Below, one piece after another: positions 18,967 through 29,863 of a stretch of DNA of 64,000 nucleotides. The position numbers and the translations under genes were made by a program. The DNA comes from Candidatus Omnitrophota bacterium (GTDB lineage: Bacteria > Omnitrophota > Omnitrophia > Omnitrophales > Aquincolibacteriaceae). The DNA lies in assembly GCA_043732705.1 (NCBI GenBank), contig JAYTHE010000002.1, positions 56,385 through 120,384 of the forward strand, given 5' to 3'. The notes below the pieces were generated by a model. That model did no database searches. It had not been told where the DNA came from and was given only the letters and a program-made list of their open reading frames with translations. Each line of letters starts with the position of its first letter. Position 1 is the stretch's first letter.

Positions 18967-20195
18967 AATCGTTTCTCAAAAACTATTCCGAGTCACTGAT
19001 TTTACTTTCCGCGATTATTACCGGAGCATTGATCGGTGTTTTCTTTCCGGCTTTCGCGCTTACTCTCAAGCCTGTTGGGATCATTTGGCTGAATTTACTT
19101 TCGACCGCGGTGATTCCGCTCGTTTTCTTCTCCATTGCCGCCACTATCGCAAGTATGGGCAGTGGCAAACAGTTGAGCCGGATTTTAATCTGGATGATTA
19201 TTATTTTTACTGCCGCCAGCGTGATCGCGGCGGTTTTAATGTTAGCGGGTGTTTATTTTTTTCCGCCGGCGGCGACGATCAAACTCTCGCTTCAAACGGG
19301 CATTGAAATGAAACCATGGAATGCGGGCAAGTCGCTTGTTGAAGCTTTTTCAGTAGGTGATTTTGGTGAACTGCTGTCGCGCAAAAATATGCTGCCAATG
19401 ATTCTTTTTGCCGCGTTAATCGGCTGGGCTTCGCACGCGGCAGGGAAACAGGGCGAAACTTTTCGTCAGTATTTTATTTCGGGCAATGCCGTGATGATGA
19501 AAGTTATGCGGGGCATTATGCTCATCGCGCCGCTTGGGCTTGGTGTTTATTTTGCGGCGCTTGTGGCAGAAATGGGACCGCAAATTATGGGAACTTACGG
19601 CCAAATTGCCGGGCTGTATTATCCGTTTTCTTTTTCTTATTTTTTCATTTTTTTTACGTTTTACGCCTTTCTCGCGGGCGGCGTGAAATGGATTCCTGTT
19701 TTTTGGAAAAATATTATCCCGCCGTCATTGACCGCGCTCGGGACGGGCAGCAGCCTCGCGACCATTCCTTCCAATTTACAGGCTGCGGACCGCATGGGGA
19801 TTCCGCGCGAAACAAGTGAAATCGTGATTCCTGTCGGCGGCGTGATTCATAAATCAGGTTCGTGTCTTGCGGCCATCGTAAAAATTGCGCTGCTGCACCA
19901 GGTTTTTGGCGTGCCTTTTACCGGTATTGAAGCTTATGCGATTGCAGTGGGCGTGGCGGTTTTAAGCGGAGTAGTTATGGGCGGTATTCCCGGCGGCGGA
20001 TTTTTGGGGGAAATGCTGATCGTCAATCTTTATGGTTTTCCTCTGGAAGGCTTACCGATTATTTCCATGGTTGGAACGATTGTGGACCCGCCTGCGACTT
20101 TAGTGAACGCGACTGGCGATAATATCGCGAGCGCGCTTGTTTCCCGGTTGGTCTACGGAAAAAAGTGGCAAGTTAAACCGATTCAGCCCGGTTAA
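18963..20195 (+). CDS. Dicarboxylate/amino acid:cation symporter (DAACS family)
   Basis: Polytopic translation typical of GltP/DctA-type symporters. Confidence 0.75.
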   Translation: MKSFLKNYSESLILLSAIITGALIGVFFPAFALTLKPVGIIWLNLLSTAVIPLVFFSIAATIASMGSGKQLSRILIWMIIIFTAASVIAAVLMLAGVYFFPPAATIKLSLQTGIEMKPWNAGKSLVEAFSVGDFGELLSRKNMLPMILFAALIGWASHAAGKQGETFRQYFISGNAVMMKVMRGIMLIAPLGLGVYFAALVAEMGPQIMGTYGQIAGLYYPFSFSYFFIFFTFYAFLAGGVKWIPVFWKNIIPPSLTALGTGSSLATIPSNLQAADRMGIPRETSEIVIPVGGVIHKSGSCLAAIVKIALLHQVFGVPFTGIEAYAIAVGVAVLSGVVMGGIPGGGFLGEMLIVNLYGFPLEGLPIISMVGTIVDPPATLVNATGDNIASALVSRLVYGKKWQVKPIQPG

Positions 20196-21645
20196 TTAAT
20201 TTTCTGAGCATGCCCGGAAAAATAAATTGATGCGACGGAGTGACTAAATACCAATAAAGAATTCCCCATAAACCTTTCGGCCTGAATCTTGCGGTTTGTT
20301 TAATGCGAAGGCGACCGGAATTTGATTTTTCGATTAAAAATTCCAACGATGCTTCTCCAGGAAGTTTCATTTCTGCGGCTAGCAGTAATCTTTTTTTATC
20401 AACCAAATCCGCGACACGCCAGAAGTCTAAGGCGTCACCAATGCGTAGTTCATGCTCGTGGCTGCGGCCGCGGCGCAATCCCACGCCTCCAAAAATACGA
20501 TCGATAAAACCGCGCAAACTCCAAAGCCAGTCGGCATGATACCAGCCCGTTTTTCCGCCAATTGAAACAATCGCATTCCATGCTGATTCGATCGAGGCCG
20601 AAGTTTCTGCCATGCGAATATCACACAGTAAAGTTCCACCAGCCCATTTAGCATCACCTTTTTGAGCTGATTCAACCGGGGGAATCGTTCCCGCATCTGT
20701 CCAATGCGAGGGTATTTGATCGCTGCGCTGAACCTTAAGAGCTAGTCGGAAAGCTTCACGGCAGGAAAGTAATTTCTGAGGAATGATTTCTCGAATTTTA
20801 TTTTCAAGACAAATGACCGGATAGCGCAGACCTTCTGCGAGCGGTCGTGCGAGCGAAGCTGAAACAGGCGTGACTAAATGAATCCAGTATGAGCTAAGTC
20901 GCGGAGTTAAAACAGGGACGGGAATCATGAGTCGCGGAGGGAGACCAGCTTCTTCGGCATATATTTTCATGAGTTCACGATAAGTTAAAACATCGGTTCC
21001 GCCGATATCGAAAGTTTTTCCTGTGGTGAGTGGCGACTCAAGACAGCCCGCTAAATATTCAATCACGTTGCGCACTGCAATCGGCTGGTTGGGAGTTTCT
21101 AGCCAGCGCGGTGTAATCATGACTGGGAGGCGATCAACTAAATAGCGCAAGATTTCAAACGATGCACTACCGGACCCAATGATCATGGCGGCGCGTAATA
21201 CCGTTACGGGAACAGAGCTGGAACTTAAGATATGCGCTACTTCCATGCGTGATTGTAAGTGTTTGCTGAGTTGAGTAGTCTGATCTCCAAGGCCGCTCAA
21301 ATAAATAATTTTTTCAAATTTAGCCTCTTCGGCTGCGACCTTCATGTGCATGGCTGCGATTCGGTCAGCGGTTTCAAAGTCCTTTTGTCCCGGAAGCATC
21401 GAGTGAACAAGATAAAAAGCCGATGCGCAGCCGTGTGCAGCTTGCGTGAGGCTCGCCTGATTCATGACATCGACTTCAACGAGTTCCACGAGGGGGTTGT
21501 GTGACCAAGGGCGGCAGCTTAACTTTTCCATAGATCGTCCGGCTGCACGAACATGCCAACCTTTCTCAAGAAGATGGGGAATGAGTCTCCCGCCGATATA
21601 GCCGGTTGCGCCCGTAACGAGAATAATTTTTTGAGAATCAGGCAT
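20173..21645 (-). CDS. NAD(P)H-binding SDR-family protein with a C-terminal DUF2867-like domain
   Basis: N-terminal Rossmann TGATGYIGG motif. Confidence 0.6.
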   Translation of the reverse strand: MPDSQKIILVTGATGYIGGRLIPHLLEKGWHVRAAGRSMEKLSCRPWSHNPLVELVEVDVMNQASLTQAAHGCASAFYLVHSMLPGQKDFETADRIAAMHMKVAAEEAKFEKIIYLSGLGDQTTQLSKHLQSRMEVAHILSSSSVPVTVLRAAMIIGSGSASFEILRYLVDRLPVMITPRWLETPNQPIAVRNVIEYLAGCLESPLTTGKTFDIGGTDVLTYRELMKIYAEEAGLPPRLMIPVPVLTPRLSSYWIHLVTPVSASLARPLAEGLRYPVICLENKIREIIPQKLLSCREAFRLALKVQRSDQIPSHWTDAGTIPPVESAQKGDAKWAGGTLLCDIRMAETSASIESAWNAIVSIGGKTGWYHADWLWSLRGFIDRIFGGVGLRRGRSHEHELRIGDALDFWRVADLVDKKRLLLAAEMKLPGEASLEFLIEKSNSGRLRIKQTARFRPKGLWGILYWYLVTPSHQFIFPGMLRKLINRAESV

Positions 21646-22114
21646 TGAGTTTCCAGAGCCAAAAATTAAGTAAGGACACGAAGGGAACCCAAATTAAATA
21701 AGGTATGTTGATGAGAGCGCCGGTTTTTGAAAGTGGGTAAGTTCTTAAAATTAAAAATAGAATGGAGGCCCAAAGCAAAACAATTTCAACCAATCCTGCG
21801 AGGGGTGAATGAAGTTTGAAAAATAAAAAGGACCACATCACATTGAGTGTAAGTTGAATTGTGAACCAGATAAAAGCTATTTTGCGCCCAGGGTTGCTTG
21901 CGTCTGATTTTAATATAAGCCAAAGGCTCACGCCCATCAAAGTGAAAAGCGTTGTCCAGACGGGGCCAAAAATCCAATTGGGCGGATTGAAGGAAGGCTT
22001 TTGAATCGTTGCATACCAGCCATTAATTTCTGGTGTTGTGAGAAGGGCTCCGAGTCCGCCCGCGACTTGGCAGAAAACGATGCAGAGGATTAAATGGATC
22101 AGCGATTTTATTTT
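21638..22114 (-). CDS. tspO: TspO/MBR family tryptophan-rich sensory protein
   Basis: WY..L.KPSFNPP...FGPVWT is the TspO signature, with five TM helices. The inner ATG (MKIKS) is preferred because the track ORF overlaps pirin. Confidence 0.75.
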   Translation of the reverse strand, partial: KIKSLIHLILCIVFCQVAGGLGALLTTPEINGWYATIQKPSFNPPNWIFGPVWTTLFTLMGVSLWLILKSDASNPGRKIAFIWFTIQLTLNVMWSFLFFKLHSPLAGLVEIVLLWASILFLILRTYPLSKTGALINIPYLIWVPFVSLLNFWLWKLNA

Positions 22115-22125
22115 CATGGAATTAT

Positions 22126-22818
22126 TCAGCTCAGGTCGAAAAGCAAGAATTCGCAATCAGAAATAGAATTCAAATGAATGTGATCTTCTTCTGAAATCGC
22201 AACGCCATCTCCCGGCTCAACCTTAGTATTGTTTATAAGCATTTTTCCGCTTGCAACTTGAATCCAAGTGTGACGATTTTTTTCAAGGTGCAGGCTTAGG
22301 GCTTGCTCGCTTTTGAGATGTCCCACGAAAACTTTCGCATCTTGATTGATCGTGAGCGGTGCCTTCAAGGTTGCGGGAGCAGCAATGAGCTTAAGAGGAT
22401 CGCCTGTGAAAGGAATCAATTTTTGTTCATAGCCCGGTTCGAAGTCTTTTTTTTCAGGAGTGATCCAAATTTGAAGTAAATGACACGGCTCTTTGTCTGA
22501 GGCATTGTATTCGCTATGCCGAATTCCGGTGCCGGCAGTCATGCTTTGCAATTCACCGCGTTTAATGGTGCCGCGGTTTCCAAGGCTATCGCGATGCTCA
22601 AGCTCTCCTTTAAGAATATAAGTTACAATTTCCATATCGCGATGACCATGCAAAGGAAAGCCTTGCCCGGGTTCGATCACATCTTCATTGATGACGCGAA
22701 GAGAGCGGAAGCCCATATGCTGAGCATCATGGTAATCGCCGAAAGAAAACGAGTGGTAAGTATCGAGCCAACCGTGGTTGAAATGTCCGCGTTCGGAGGA
22801 CTTACGAATTTGAATCAT
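22126..22818 (-). CDS. Pirin family protein
   Basis: HGWLDTYHSFSF...GFPLHGHRDMEIVTYIL cupin motifs. Confidence 0.85.
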   Translation of the reverse strand: MIQIRKSSERGHFNHGWLDTYHSFSFGDYHDAQHMGFRSLRVINEDVIEPGQGFPLHGHRDMEIVTYILKGELEHRDSLGNRGTIKRGELQSMTAGTGIRHSEYNASDKEPCHLLQIWITPEKKDFEPGYEQKLIPFTGDPLKLIAAPATLKAPLTINQDAKVFVGHLKSEQALSLHLEKNRHTWIQVASGKMLINNTKVEPGDGVAISEEDHIHLNSISDCEFLLFDLS

Positions 22819-22825
22819 GCTTAAT

Positions 22826-22890
22826 TATGTCATTGCGAGCATAGCGAAGCAATCTAGATTGCCGCGTCGTCCTATGGACTCCTCGCAATG
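22826..22890. repeat. Compound palindromic repeat GTCATTGCGAG...CTCGCAATGAC with an inner GCAATC/GATTGC stem
   Basis: An 11 bp perfect outer stem and nested inner hairpin in the ferritin-pirin intergenic gap. Confidence 0.5.
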
Positions 22891-22891
22891 A

Positions 22892-23398
22892 CTAATTAGT
22901 GGCAACTTTATTGGCTAGGCCGCCGATTTCCTTATCAATGAAATAAAGGCCGCGTCCGTCGGTGCCGGTGCGTTTCATCAGGTCAAGCAAGTCACGGAAC
23001 AGCTTCTCTTCTTCATGTTGTTCAGCAACATACCACTGCAGAAAATTGAATGTTGAATGGTCTTTTTCAACCAGGCAAAGGTCGACCAAGCTGTTGATTT
23101 GATCTGTGACTTTCTTTTCATTTTCAGCGACGAGCTTAAAAACCTGGTCGATGGATTTAAAAATATCAGATGGATTTTTGAAAGGTTCGACGAGTGCGTG
23201 GCCGCCGGTTGCATTAATGTAATGAAAAAGTTTCAGCATATGCGTGCGCTCCTGTTCGGCATGCACATAAAGAAACTTTGCTGAGCCGGGAAGGGCGTTG
23301 ACTTCGCACCATGAAGCCATCGCAAGATAATAATGTGCGGAATAATTTTCAGACGTAACCTGTGCATTCAAGGCTTTTTCAATTTTTTTGGATAACAT
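22892..23398 (-). CDS. Ferritin (non-heme, Ftn-like)
   Basis: Ferritin-like diiron four-helix translation, about 165 aa. Confidence 0.75.
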   Translation of the reverse strand: MLSKKIEKALNAQVTSENYSAHYYLAMASWCEVNALPGSAKFLYVHAEQERTHMLKLFHYINATGGHALVEPFKNPSDIFKSIDQVFKLVAENEKKVTDQINSLVDLCLVEKDHSTFNFLQWYVAEQHEEEKLFRDLLDLMKRTGTDGRGLYFIDKEIGGLANKVATN

Positions 23399-23572
23399 AA
23401 TTTCCTCCGGGTTAGGTAAGTAGTTCTACAAAAATTATACACGGTTTTTAAATTTGAAATCATGCGGAATCGAATATTTTTTAAAAAACGTAAGACAGAA
23501 TCCGATTACTTATTAATCCGATTCAAAAATAATCTTACCGAAATTCTAAAAAGGGAAGAGTTGGGTGTCTGC

Positions 23573-23650
23573 GGTTGACGTAGTCAGAGCAGAAATAAAA
23601 CCGTGCTCTGACTGCGTCAACCGCACTTTGCGAAGTGCGGGACAAAAGAG
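23573..23650 (-). terminator. Tandem hairpins downstream of the nitroreductase gene
   Basis: A 20 bp inverted repeat GCGGTTGACGTAGTCAGAGC / GCTCTGACTGCGTCAACCGC is followed by CCGCACTT-tgcg-AAGTGCGG. Confidence 0.4.
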
Positions 23651-23684
23651 GAAAAAGCGGTTGCGCGCAGCGCAGAGCCGAGCG

Positions 23685-24335
23685 TCATCGACGTTCAATA
23701 AGACGCTGGGAAGAGAAGCGAACTTTGATCATCTTCGCGTTTTTATCGTCCTGGCTGCGGTAGCCGCAAGGGCAAAGTACGGTAGTCGTCCATTCCGAAT
23801 GTTGAATACCGAGAGTCTCGTCATATTTCGCGGGCACAAAACCTTCCATTGGGCAGGTGTCAATCGACAGCGTCGCGGCGCTGGTCATTAAATTTCCAAG
23901 CGCGATATAAGCTTGGCGCGCGGCCCAATCCGCGGAATATTGCGCGCGCGGGCCTTCCACAATGTCACCGAGCATAATGCTGCGGTAACCCGCAAGCTGA
24001 TCGGCTGATGTTCCGCGGACTTCAGCCAGGCGGTTGACCCAGGCATCAATATCCGCGGCATCGACTTTTGTTTTGGTCAAGAAAACGACAAGGTGCGAGC
24101 AGTCGGCAACTTGGCGTTGATTCCAGGAATGAGGAACTAATTTTTCGCGCAGTTCCTGGTTAGTAATCACAAGAAATTTCCAAGGCTGCAATCCGTATGA
24201 AGAAGCCGTCAAAATTAATGCTTCTTCCAAAGCCTTCCAGGTTTCGGGCGGAATTTTCTTTGAAGCGTCAAATTGTTTAACGGCATAGCGCCATTTAAGG
24301 CTTTGTACTAATTCGGCTTCTTTTTTAAAACCCAC
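23685..24335 (-). CDS. Nitroreductase-family NAD(P)H oxidoreductase
   Basis: Nitroreductase fold motifs (RYAVKQFD...). A GTG start at 24335 with an AGGGAG SD is preferred over the track start at 24413. Confidence 0.65.
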   Translation of the reverse strand: MGFKKEAELVQSLKWRYAVKQFDASKKIPPETWKALEEALILTASSYGLQPWKFLVITNQELREKLVPHSWNQRQVADCSHLVVFLTKTKVDAADIDAWVNRLAEVRGTSADQLAGYRSIMLGDIVEGPRAQYSADWAARQAYIALGNLMTSAATLSIDTCPMEGFVPAKYDETLGIQHSEWTTTVLCPCGYRSQDDKNAKMIKVRFSSQRLIERR

Positions 24336-24441
24336 GCAGCACTCCCTAAATGGTTGAAGGGTATAGAGATAATAACGAGAAGCATTGTCGCATAAAGCCG
24401 CCCCCCTAGGCAATTACCTTGCGGGGGTGTACAATTGATGT

Positions 24442-24804
24442 ATGAATAAACGTTGGTTCTCAGTCTCAGCATTAATCATGGCCTGGATGTTTGCTTTCTC
24501 CACGCTTAGCACTTGTTATTGTCAGCCACTTTCAGCTTCTGCGCCCACGGCGCAACCAGCGGCACATTGCGGCCAGCATTCATCCAAAGCGAAGGGCTGC
24601 TGCAGCCCCCGCATTCAAAACGACACATTTGAAAACGCAGCTTCACAAGTTCACGTTGAGCAAAAATCTGTTAGGCAGTTTTTAGCGGTTCATGATACTC
24701 AAACGGATCTTTCAGTTTTATCTGAGAGAAACAGTTTTAGGCCCGCGCTCGATACTTCGCCGCCACCGCAGCTTTATCTTCTTCATCACGCCTTCCTGAT
24801 TTAA
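24442..24804 (+). CDS. Small Cys-rich secreted protein preceding the cusBA-like genes; a metal-binding role is speculative
   Basis: A signal peptide and a HCGQHSSKAKGCCSP cluster. Confidence 0.35.
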   Translation: MNKRWFSVSALIMAWMFAFSTLSTCYCQPLSASAPTAQPAAHCGQHSSKAKGCCSPRIQNDTFENAASQVHVEQKSVRQFLAVHDTQTDLSVLSERNSFRPALDTSPPPQLYLLHHAFLI

Positions 24805-24873
24805 TTCACGGCCGCTTCAAAAGCAGAGAATTTTTCTCTGTCTTGTTTTATTTTTCCAAACTGAGGAAAACCC

Positions 24874-26058
24874 GTGAAGAAAATTTTAGTTGTTCTGATT
24901 CTTTTAGCTTTCGCATCGGCGGGATGGTTTTATTTCAACCGTGTGCATGGGGACTTGTCGGCAAGTCATGCGCAAGAACAGTATCAATGTCCTATGCATC
25001 CGCAAGTGGTTCAAGATCATCCCGGAAATTGCCCGATTTGCGGCATGCGGCTGAATCATTTAGCCTCCGAGCCTTCGGCTCAACCGGCGGAAGGGCAAAA
25101 AAAAATAGCCTTTTACCGTAATCCGATGAATCCTAAGGTTACCTCGCCCGTTCCCGCGAAAGATGAAATGGGTATGGATTATATTCCGGTCTATCAACAG
25201 ACGGGAGATGCTCTGCCCGCATCCGATGTGCCTGATCATGGTGCGGTGATGCTCAGCGCGGATAAAATTCAAACCATCGGAATTCGTACGGCTGAAGCGC
25301 GCATCAGCAATTTAATTCTCTCTTTGCGTGTCACCGGCACAGTTTTCCACAATCATGAAATTTACGAAATGCTTACGGCTTATCGTGATGCGATTCAGGT
25401 CGAACAGCGTGTCAAAAAACCGACGCCGGAACTTGTAGCGCAGTCGCGCGTCAAAGCTAATGATTTGCGGATTAAGTTGCGGAGGTATGGCATCGGCGAT
25501 GAGGTGTTTAAGAAAGCGGCAGAGAACTTGGCGGATCCCACCAGTTTTATCCCTGCACATTTAATTATCGCAGCCAACGGAGCGTATGTGGACGCGCGTT
25601 TGCCGGCTGCGGAAGCTGTTCGTGTGGCTTTGGGACAAAAAGCTCGGCTGATGTCATCACTTTTTCCGGATAAAACTCTTGATGGAATTGTGAAGTCAGT
25701 CGATTCAATTGTGGATTCAGAAACTCAAACTGTCGCTGTGCGGATTGAAGTTCAGAATGGACATGAGCTTTTGAGGCCCGGACTTTTTGTGAATGTGGAA
25801 ATGGATATTGAGACAGGCAATAAGCTTGCGGTTCCGGAAGACGCGATTTTAAATTCGGGGCGTGGCGCTTATGTGTTCATTGAAAAATCCGCGGGTGTTT
25901 TTCTGCCAAAGCATGTTGAAACCGGATTGACCGCCGGAACAAACGTGGAAATTATCTCGGGGCTTGCTGAAGGAGAGAAGGTGGTCATTTCAGCAAATTT
26001 TCTTTTAGATTCTGAGTCGCGCTTCGAAGCCGCGCGGCAAGGTGGTTCCTATGATTGA
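24874..26058 (+). CDS. cusB: RND efflux periplasmic adaptor (CusB/SilB-like) with an N-terminal CPMHP metal-binding module
   Basis: YQCPMHPQVVQDHPGNCPICGM module plus membrane-fusion-protein beta-barrel/lipoyl regions. Confidence 0.8.
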   Translation: MKKILVVLILLAFASAGWFYFNRVHGDLSASHAQEQYQCPMHPQVVQDHPGNCPICGMRLNHLASEPSAQPAEGQKKIAFYRNPMNPKVTSPVPAKDEMGMDYIPVYQQTGDALPASDVPDHGAVMLSADKIQTIGIRTAEARISNLILSLRVTGTVFHNHEIYEMLTAYRDAIQVEQRVKKPTPELVAQSRVKANDLRIKLRRYGIGDEVFKKAAENLADPTSFIPAHLIIAANGAYVDARLPAAEAVRVALGQKARLMSSLFPDKTLDGIVKSVDSIVDSETQTVAVRIEVQNGHELLRPGLFVNVEMDIETGNKLAVPEDAILNSGRGAYVFIEKSAGVFLPKHVETGLTAGTNVEIISGLAEGEKVVISANFLLDSESRFEAARQGGSYD

Positions 26059-29000
26059 AAAAATCATTGATTTTTCGGCGCGTAACAAATTTTTGGTGAT
26101 TATCTTTACCATTGCGACGCTTACTGTCGCTTGGTTTTCGATGCGCCATATGCCGCTTGATGCGATTCCCGACCTTTCGGATACGCAGGTCATTGTCTAT
26201 TCGCAGTGGGATCGCAGTCCGGATTTGATGGAAGATCAGGTTACGTATCCGATTGTAACCGCGATGCTCGGCACGCCGAAGGTGAAAGCTGTGCGCGGGT
26301 TTTCTGATTTTGGATATTCATATGTTTATATTATTTTTGAAGACGGCACCGACCTTTATTGGGCACGTAGCCGTGTGCTTGAATATTTAAGCAAGATTCA
26401 ATCGCGTTTGCCCGAAGGTGTTAAGACTGAACTTGGTCCTGATGCAACCAGCGTTGGCTGGGTTTATCAATATGCTTTGGCGGATGATACGGGCCGCCGC
26501 ACTTTGCCTGAATTGCGCTCCGTGCAGGATTGGTATTTGCGTTATGCCTTGCAGGCTGTTCCGGGTGTTTCGGAAGTTGCCGCAGTGGGCGGATTCGCAA
26601 AGCAAGCTCAGGTTAATGTTGATCCAGAAAAACTTCGCGCATTTAATTTATCGATTGGTGATGTGGTTAATGCCGTCAAAGCTTCGAATCAATCGACAGG
26701 CGGCCGTTTGCTTGAAGTGAATGGTTTTGAATTCATGGTTCGCGCTCAAGGTTATGCAAAAACACCCGCAGATATCGGATCAGCGGCGATTCGCACGAAT
26801 TCGCGTACCGGCGCGGCTATTTTAGTGCGCGATGTTGCAAAAGTGGAATGGGGCCCTGAAATGACGCGCGGTGCGGCGGAGCTCGATGGCAAAGGCGACG
26901 CGGTTGGCGGCATTATTGTGATGCGTCACGGTGAAAACGCTTTGCATGTGATTGAGCGCGTGAAAGCTAAACTTAAAGAGCTGCAAAAGACTTTGCCCGA
27001 AGGCGTACGTATTGTTGAAACTTATGACCGTTCGGATTTAATTCATCGTGCGATTGAAACGCTGAAGCATACGCTGATCGATGAAATGCTGATTGTGAGT
27101 TTCGTAATTTTGATTTTTCTTTGGCATTTGCCTTCCGCGATTATTCCGATCATCACAATTCCGGTTTCGGTATTGCTCGCGTTTATTCCGATGACCATGA
27201 TGGGTTTAACTTCCAATATTATGTCGCTCGCAGGCATTGCGATTTCAATTGGCGTGCTTGTCGACGGCGCGATTGTCGAAGTTGAAAACGCTTATAAAAA
27301 ACTTCAGCTTTGGCAGGATGGCGGTCGCAAAGGCGATTACCACGAAGTGCGTCTTGCCGCACTGAAAGAAGTTGGTCCCGCGGTTTTCTTTTCACTGCTT
27401 GTGATTGCCGCTGCTTTTGTTCCGGTTTTTACACTTGTGGACCAAGAAGGCCGTTTGTTTAAGCCGCTAGCTTACAGTAAAAATCTGGCGATGGTGATTG
27501 CGGCGATTTTGGCGGTGACTTTGGATCCCGCGATGCGCATGCTTTTTACGCGCATGGATCCCTTTCAATTTAAGCCGCGTTGGCTTGCAAGCGTCGCGAC
27601 CACGCTTGCGGTTGGAAAATATTATCCCGAAGAAAAACATCCCGTCAGCCGCGTACTTTTTAAACTGTATGAGCCGGCCGTGCGTTTTGTTTTGCGTTTT
27701 AGAAAAACAACGCTACTGGCAGCTGTGCTGTTGATGGTGGTGACTGTGCCTGTTTTTCAAAAGTTGGGCAGTGAATTTATGCCGCCGCTCAATGAGGGTA
27801 CTTTGCTCTATATGCCGACGGCATTGCCCGGTATGTCGGTCACGGAAGCACGCCGTGTTTTGAATATTCAAAACCGCATATTGATGAAATTTCCGGAGGT
27901 TGAACATGTTTTTGGAAAAGCCGGCCGCGCGGAAACTTCAACCGATCCCGCGCCGCTTTCCATGATGGAAACCACGATTACGCTTCGTCCTAAATCAGAG
28001 TGGCGGCACAAACCCGTGGTTTATCCGGCATGGCTGCCCGCGCTTTTGCACGATTTCTTTCAAAAAATTCACCCTGACCGTGCGATGACAATGGATGAAT
28101 TGACCGATGAAATGGATAAGCAATTGCAATTGCCCGGTATTCCCAATATTTGGACTATGCCGATTAAAAATCGAATTGATATGCTTTCAACCGGCATTCG
28201 CACGCCTGTTGGGGTGAAAGTTTTAGGCTCGGATCTCAAAGTCATTCAAAAGGTGGGTGAAAATCTTGAGCAAATTCTGAAAACCGTGCCCGGTACGCGC
28301 AATGCTTTTTCCGAACGTGTTTCCGGCGGATATTTTATCGACTTTGATTTGAAGCGCGACGCGCTCGCGCGTTACGGAATTTCAGTTGACGCAGCCGAAG
28401 CCACAATTTCATCAGCAATCGGCGGGGAAGTTGTGACTCATTTGGTGGATGGCCGCGAACGTTATTCCGTGAATGTGCGGCTCGCGCGTGATTTTCGTTC
28501 CGATCTTCCGTCTTTGGGACGCGTGCGTGTTAAAGCCCCTTCGGGCACCGATATTCCGATTTCAGAATTGGCGGAACTGACAAAACGTGAAGGCCCTGCG
28601 ATGATTCGCGATGAAAACGGCATGCTCGCAGGCTATGTTTATGTCGATGTGGCCGGACGTGATATCGGCAGCTTTGTCGTGGAAGCCAAGCGTAAAGTGA
28701 ATGAAGCTGTGAAAGTTCCGGCTGGCTATCAGCTGGTGTGGAGCGGGCAGTATGAAAATATGCAACGCGTTACGGAGCGTTTAAAATTTGTGATTCCCAT
28801 TACACTTTTTATTATCGCCTTACTGCTTTATATGAATACCAAGTCAGCAGTGAAAACCGCGATGGTTTTACTCGCGGTTCCGTTCTCCTTAATCGGCGCG
28901 GTTTGGTTGCTGCATTTGCTCGGTTATAACATGTCGATTGCCGTGTGGGTGGGGATGATTGCCTTGATGGGGCTCGATGCCGAGACCGGCGTTTTTATGC

Positions 29001-29299
29001 TGCTCTATCTGGATATCGCCTATGCTGATGCTGTGCGCGAAGGCCGTATGCGTAACCGCGCAGATCTTCACGCCGCGGTTTTGCATGGTGCGGTGAAACG
29101 CGTGCGCCCCAAAATGATGACGGTAATCGCGGCCATGGCCGGGCTTTTACCGATTCTCTGGGCGCATGGTGCCGGGGCGGATGTGATGCGCCGCATTGCC
29201 GCGCCGATGATCGGTGGGCTCGCGTCATCATTTGCGCTCGAACTTCTCATTTATCCGGTGCTGTATTCTTTTTGGAAAGAAAGAGAATTGAAAAAATAG
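26042..29299 (+). CDS. cusA: Heavy-metal efflux RND permease, CusA/CzcA family
   Basis: 1085 aa 12-TM RND protein in the HME family, translationally coupled to cusB. Confidence 0.9.
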   Translation: MVPMIEKIIDFSARNKFLVIIFTIATLTVAWFSMRHMPLDAIPDLSDTQVIVYSQWDRSPDLMEDQVTYPIVTAMLGTPKVKAVRGFSDFGYSYVYIIFEDGTDLYWARSRVLEYLSKIQSRLPEGVKTELGPDATSVGWVYQYALADDTGRRTLPELRSVQDWYLRYALQAVPGVSEVAAVGGFAKQAQVNVDPEKLRAFNLSIGDVVNAVKASNQSTGGRLLEVNGFEFMVRAQGYAKTPADIGSAAIRTNSRTGAAILVRDVAKVEWGPEMTRGAAELDGKGDAVGGIIVMRHGENALHVIERVKAKLKELQKTLPEGVRIVETYDRSDLIHRAIETLKHTLIDEMLIVSFVILIFLWHLPSAIIPIITIPVSVLLAFIPMTMMGLTSNIMSLAGIAISIGVLVDGAIVEVENAYKKLQLWQDGGRKGDYHEVRLAALKEVGPAVFFSLLVIAAAFVPVFTLVDQEGRLFKPLAYSKNLAMVIAAILAVTLDPAMRMLFTRMDPFQFKPRWLASVATTLAVGKYYPEEKHPVSRVLFKLYEPAVRFVLRFRKTTLLAAVLLMVVTVPVFQKLGSEFMPPLNEGTLLYMPTALPGMSVTEARRVLNIQNRILMKFPEVEHVFGKAGRAETSTDPAPLSMMETTITLRPKSEWRHKPVVYPAWLPALLHDFFQKIHPDRAMTMDELTDEMDKQLQLPGIPNIWTMPIKNRIDMLSTGIRTPVGVKVLGSDLKVIQKVGENLEQILKTVPGTRNAFSERVSGGYFIDFDLKRDALARYGISVDAAEATISSAIGGEVVTHLVDGRERYSVNVRLARDFRSDLPSLGRVRVKAPSGTDIPISELAELTKREGPAMIRDENGMLAGYVYVDVAGRDIGSFVVEAKRKVNEAVKVPAGYQLVWSGQYENMQRVTERLKFVIPITLFIIALLLYMNTKSAVKTAMVLLAVPFSLIGAVWLLHLLGYNMSIAVWVGMIALMGLDAETGVFMLLYLDIAYADAVREGRMRNRADLHAAVLHGAVKRVRPKMMTVIAAMAGLLPILWAHGAGADVMRRIAAPMIGGLASSFALELLIYPVLYSFWKERELKK

Positions 29300-29376
29300 C
29301 TTAAGCATAGGGTTTTACCTGATGGTTGCTGTTTTAATTTAGAAGAGAATAAGGATTCAAAATAAAAGGAGAAGTT

Positions 29377-29853
29377 ATGAAACAGTTAAATTTAGCTCTA
29401 CGGCCTCGTCGCAATCGCGTAACGTGTTTGGTTTTTATGCTGCTCGCGGTTGTGACATTGTCTTTGCCGCTTTATGCTGATTGTGACTCATCTGAAAGAA
29501 ATGGAACGATGAGCGAAGAAAGGGAGAGTGAGAGAGGTATGATGGGCGGCGGGAAAATGGAAATGCACGGCATGATGATGAAAATGATGATGCAAAAATC
29601 AGTCGTGGCAACGTCAGACGGCGGCATTGTAATTGTTGCCGGGAATAAAATTACTAAATACGACAAACATCTCAAGCTTGTGAATGAAGTCGAAACCAAA
29701 ATGGATATAGAAGACATGGAAAAGAAAATGAAGGGAATGATGAAGATGTGTCCCCTGATGAAGGGTGGAATGAAAACCAGAGAGGAACGGCCTGAAGAAG
29801 CTGTGTCAGGCGCTTCATCTGACGCAGACAGTGACCACTCGGCGCATCATTGA
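29377..29853 (+). CDS. Met-rich secreted protein, likely Cu(I)/Ag(I)-binding
   Basis: A signal peptide and runs such as [19 protein letters not shown] and [16 protein letters not shown]. Confidence 0.5.
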   Translation: MKQLNLALRPRRNRVTCLVFMLLAVVTLSLPLYADCDSSERNGTMSEERESERGMMGGGKMEMHGMMMKMMMQKSVVATSDGGIVIVAGNKITKYDKHLKLVNEVETKMDIEDMEKKMKGMMKMCPLMKGGMKTREERPEEAVSGASSDADSDHSAHH

Positions 29854-29863
29854 AGAGAGGTTT

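Noticed and set aside
26387-29250. Multiple minus-strand ORFs inside cusA
   Set aside because: Antisense to a strongly supported RND transporter gene.
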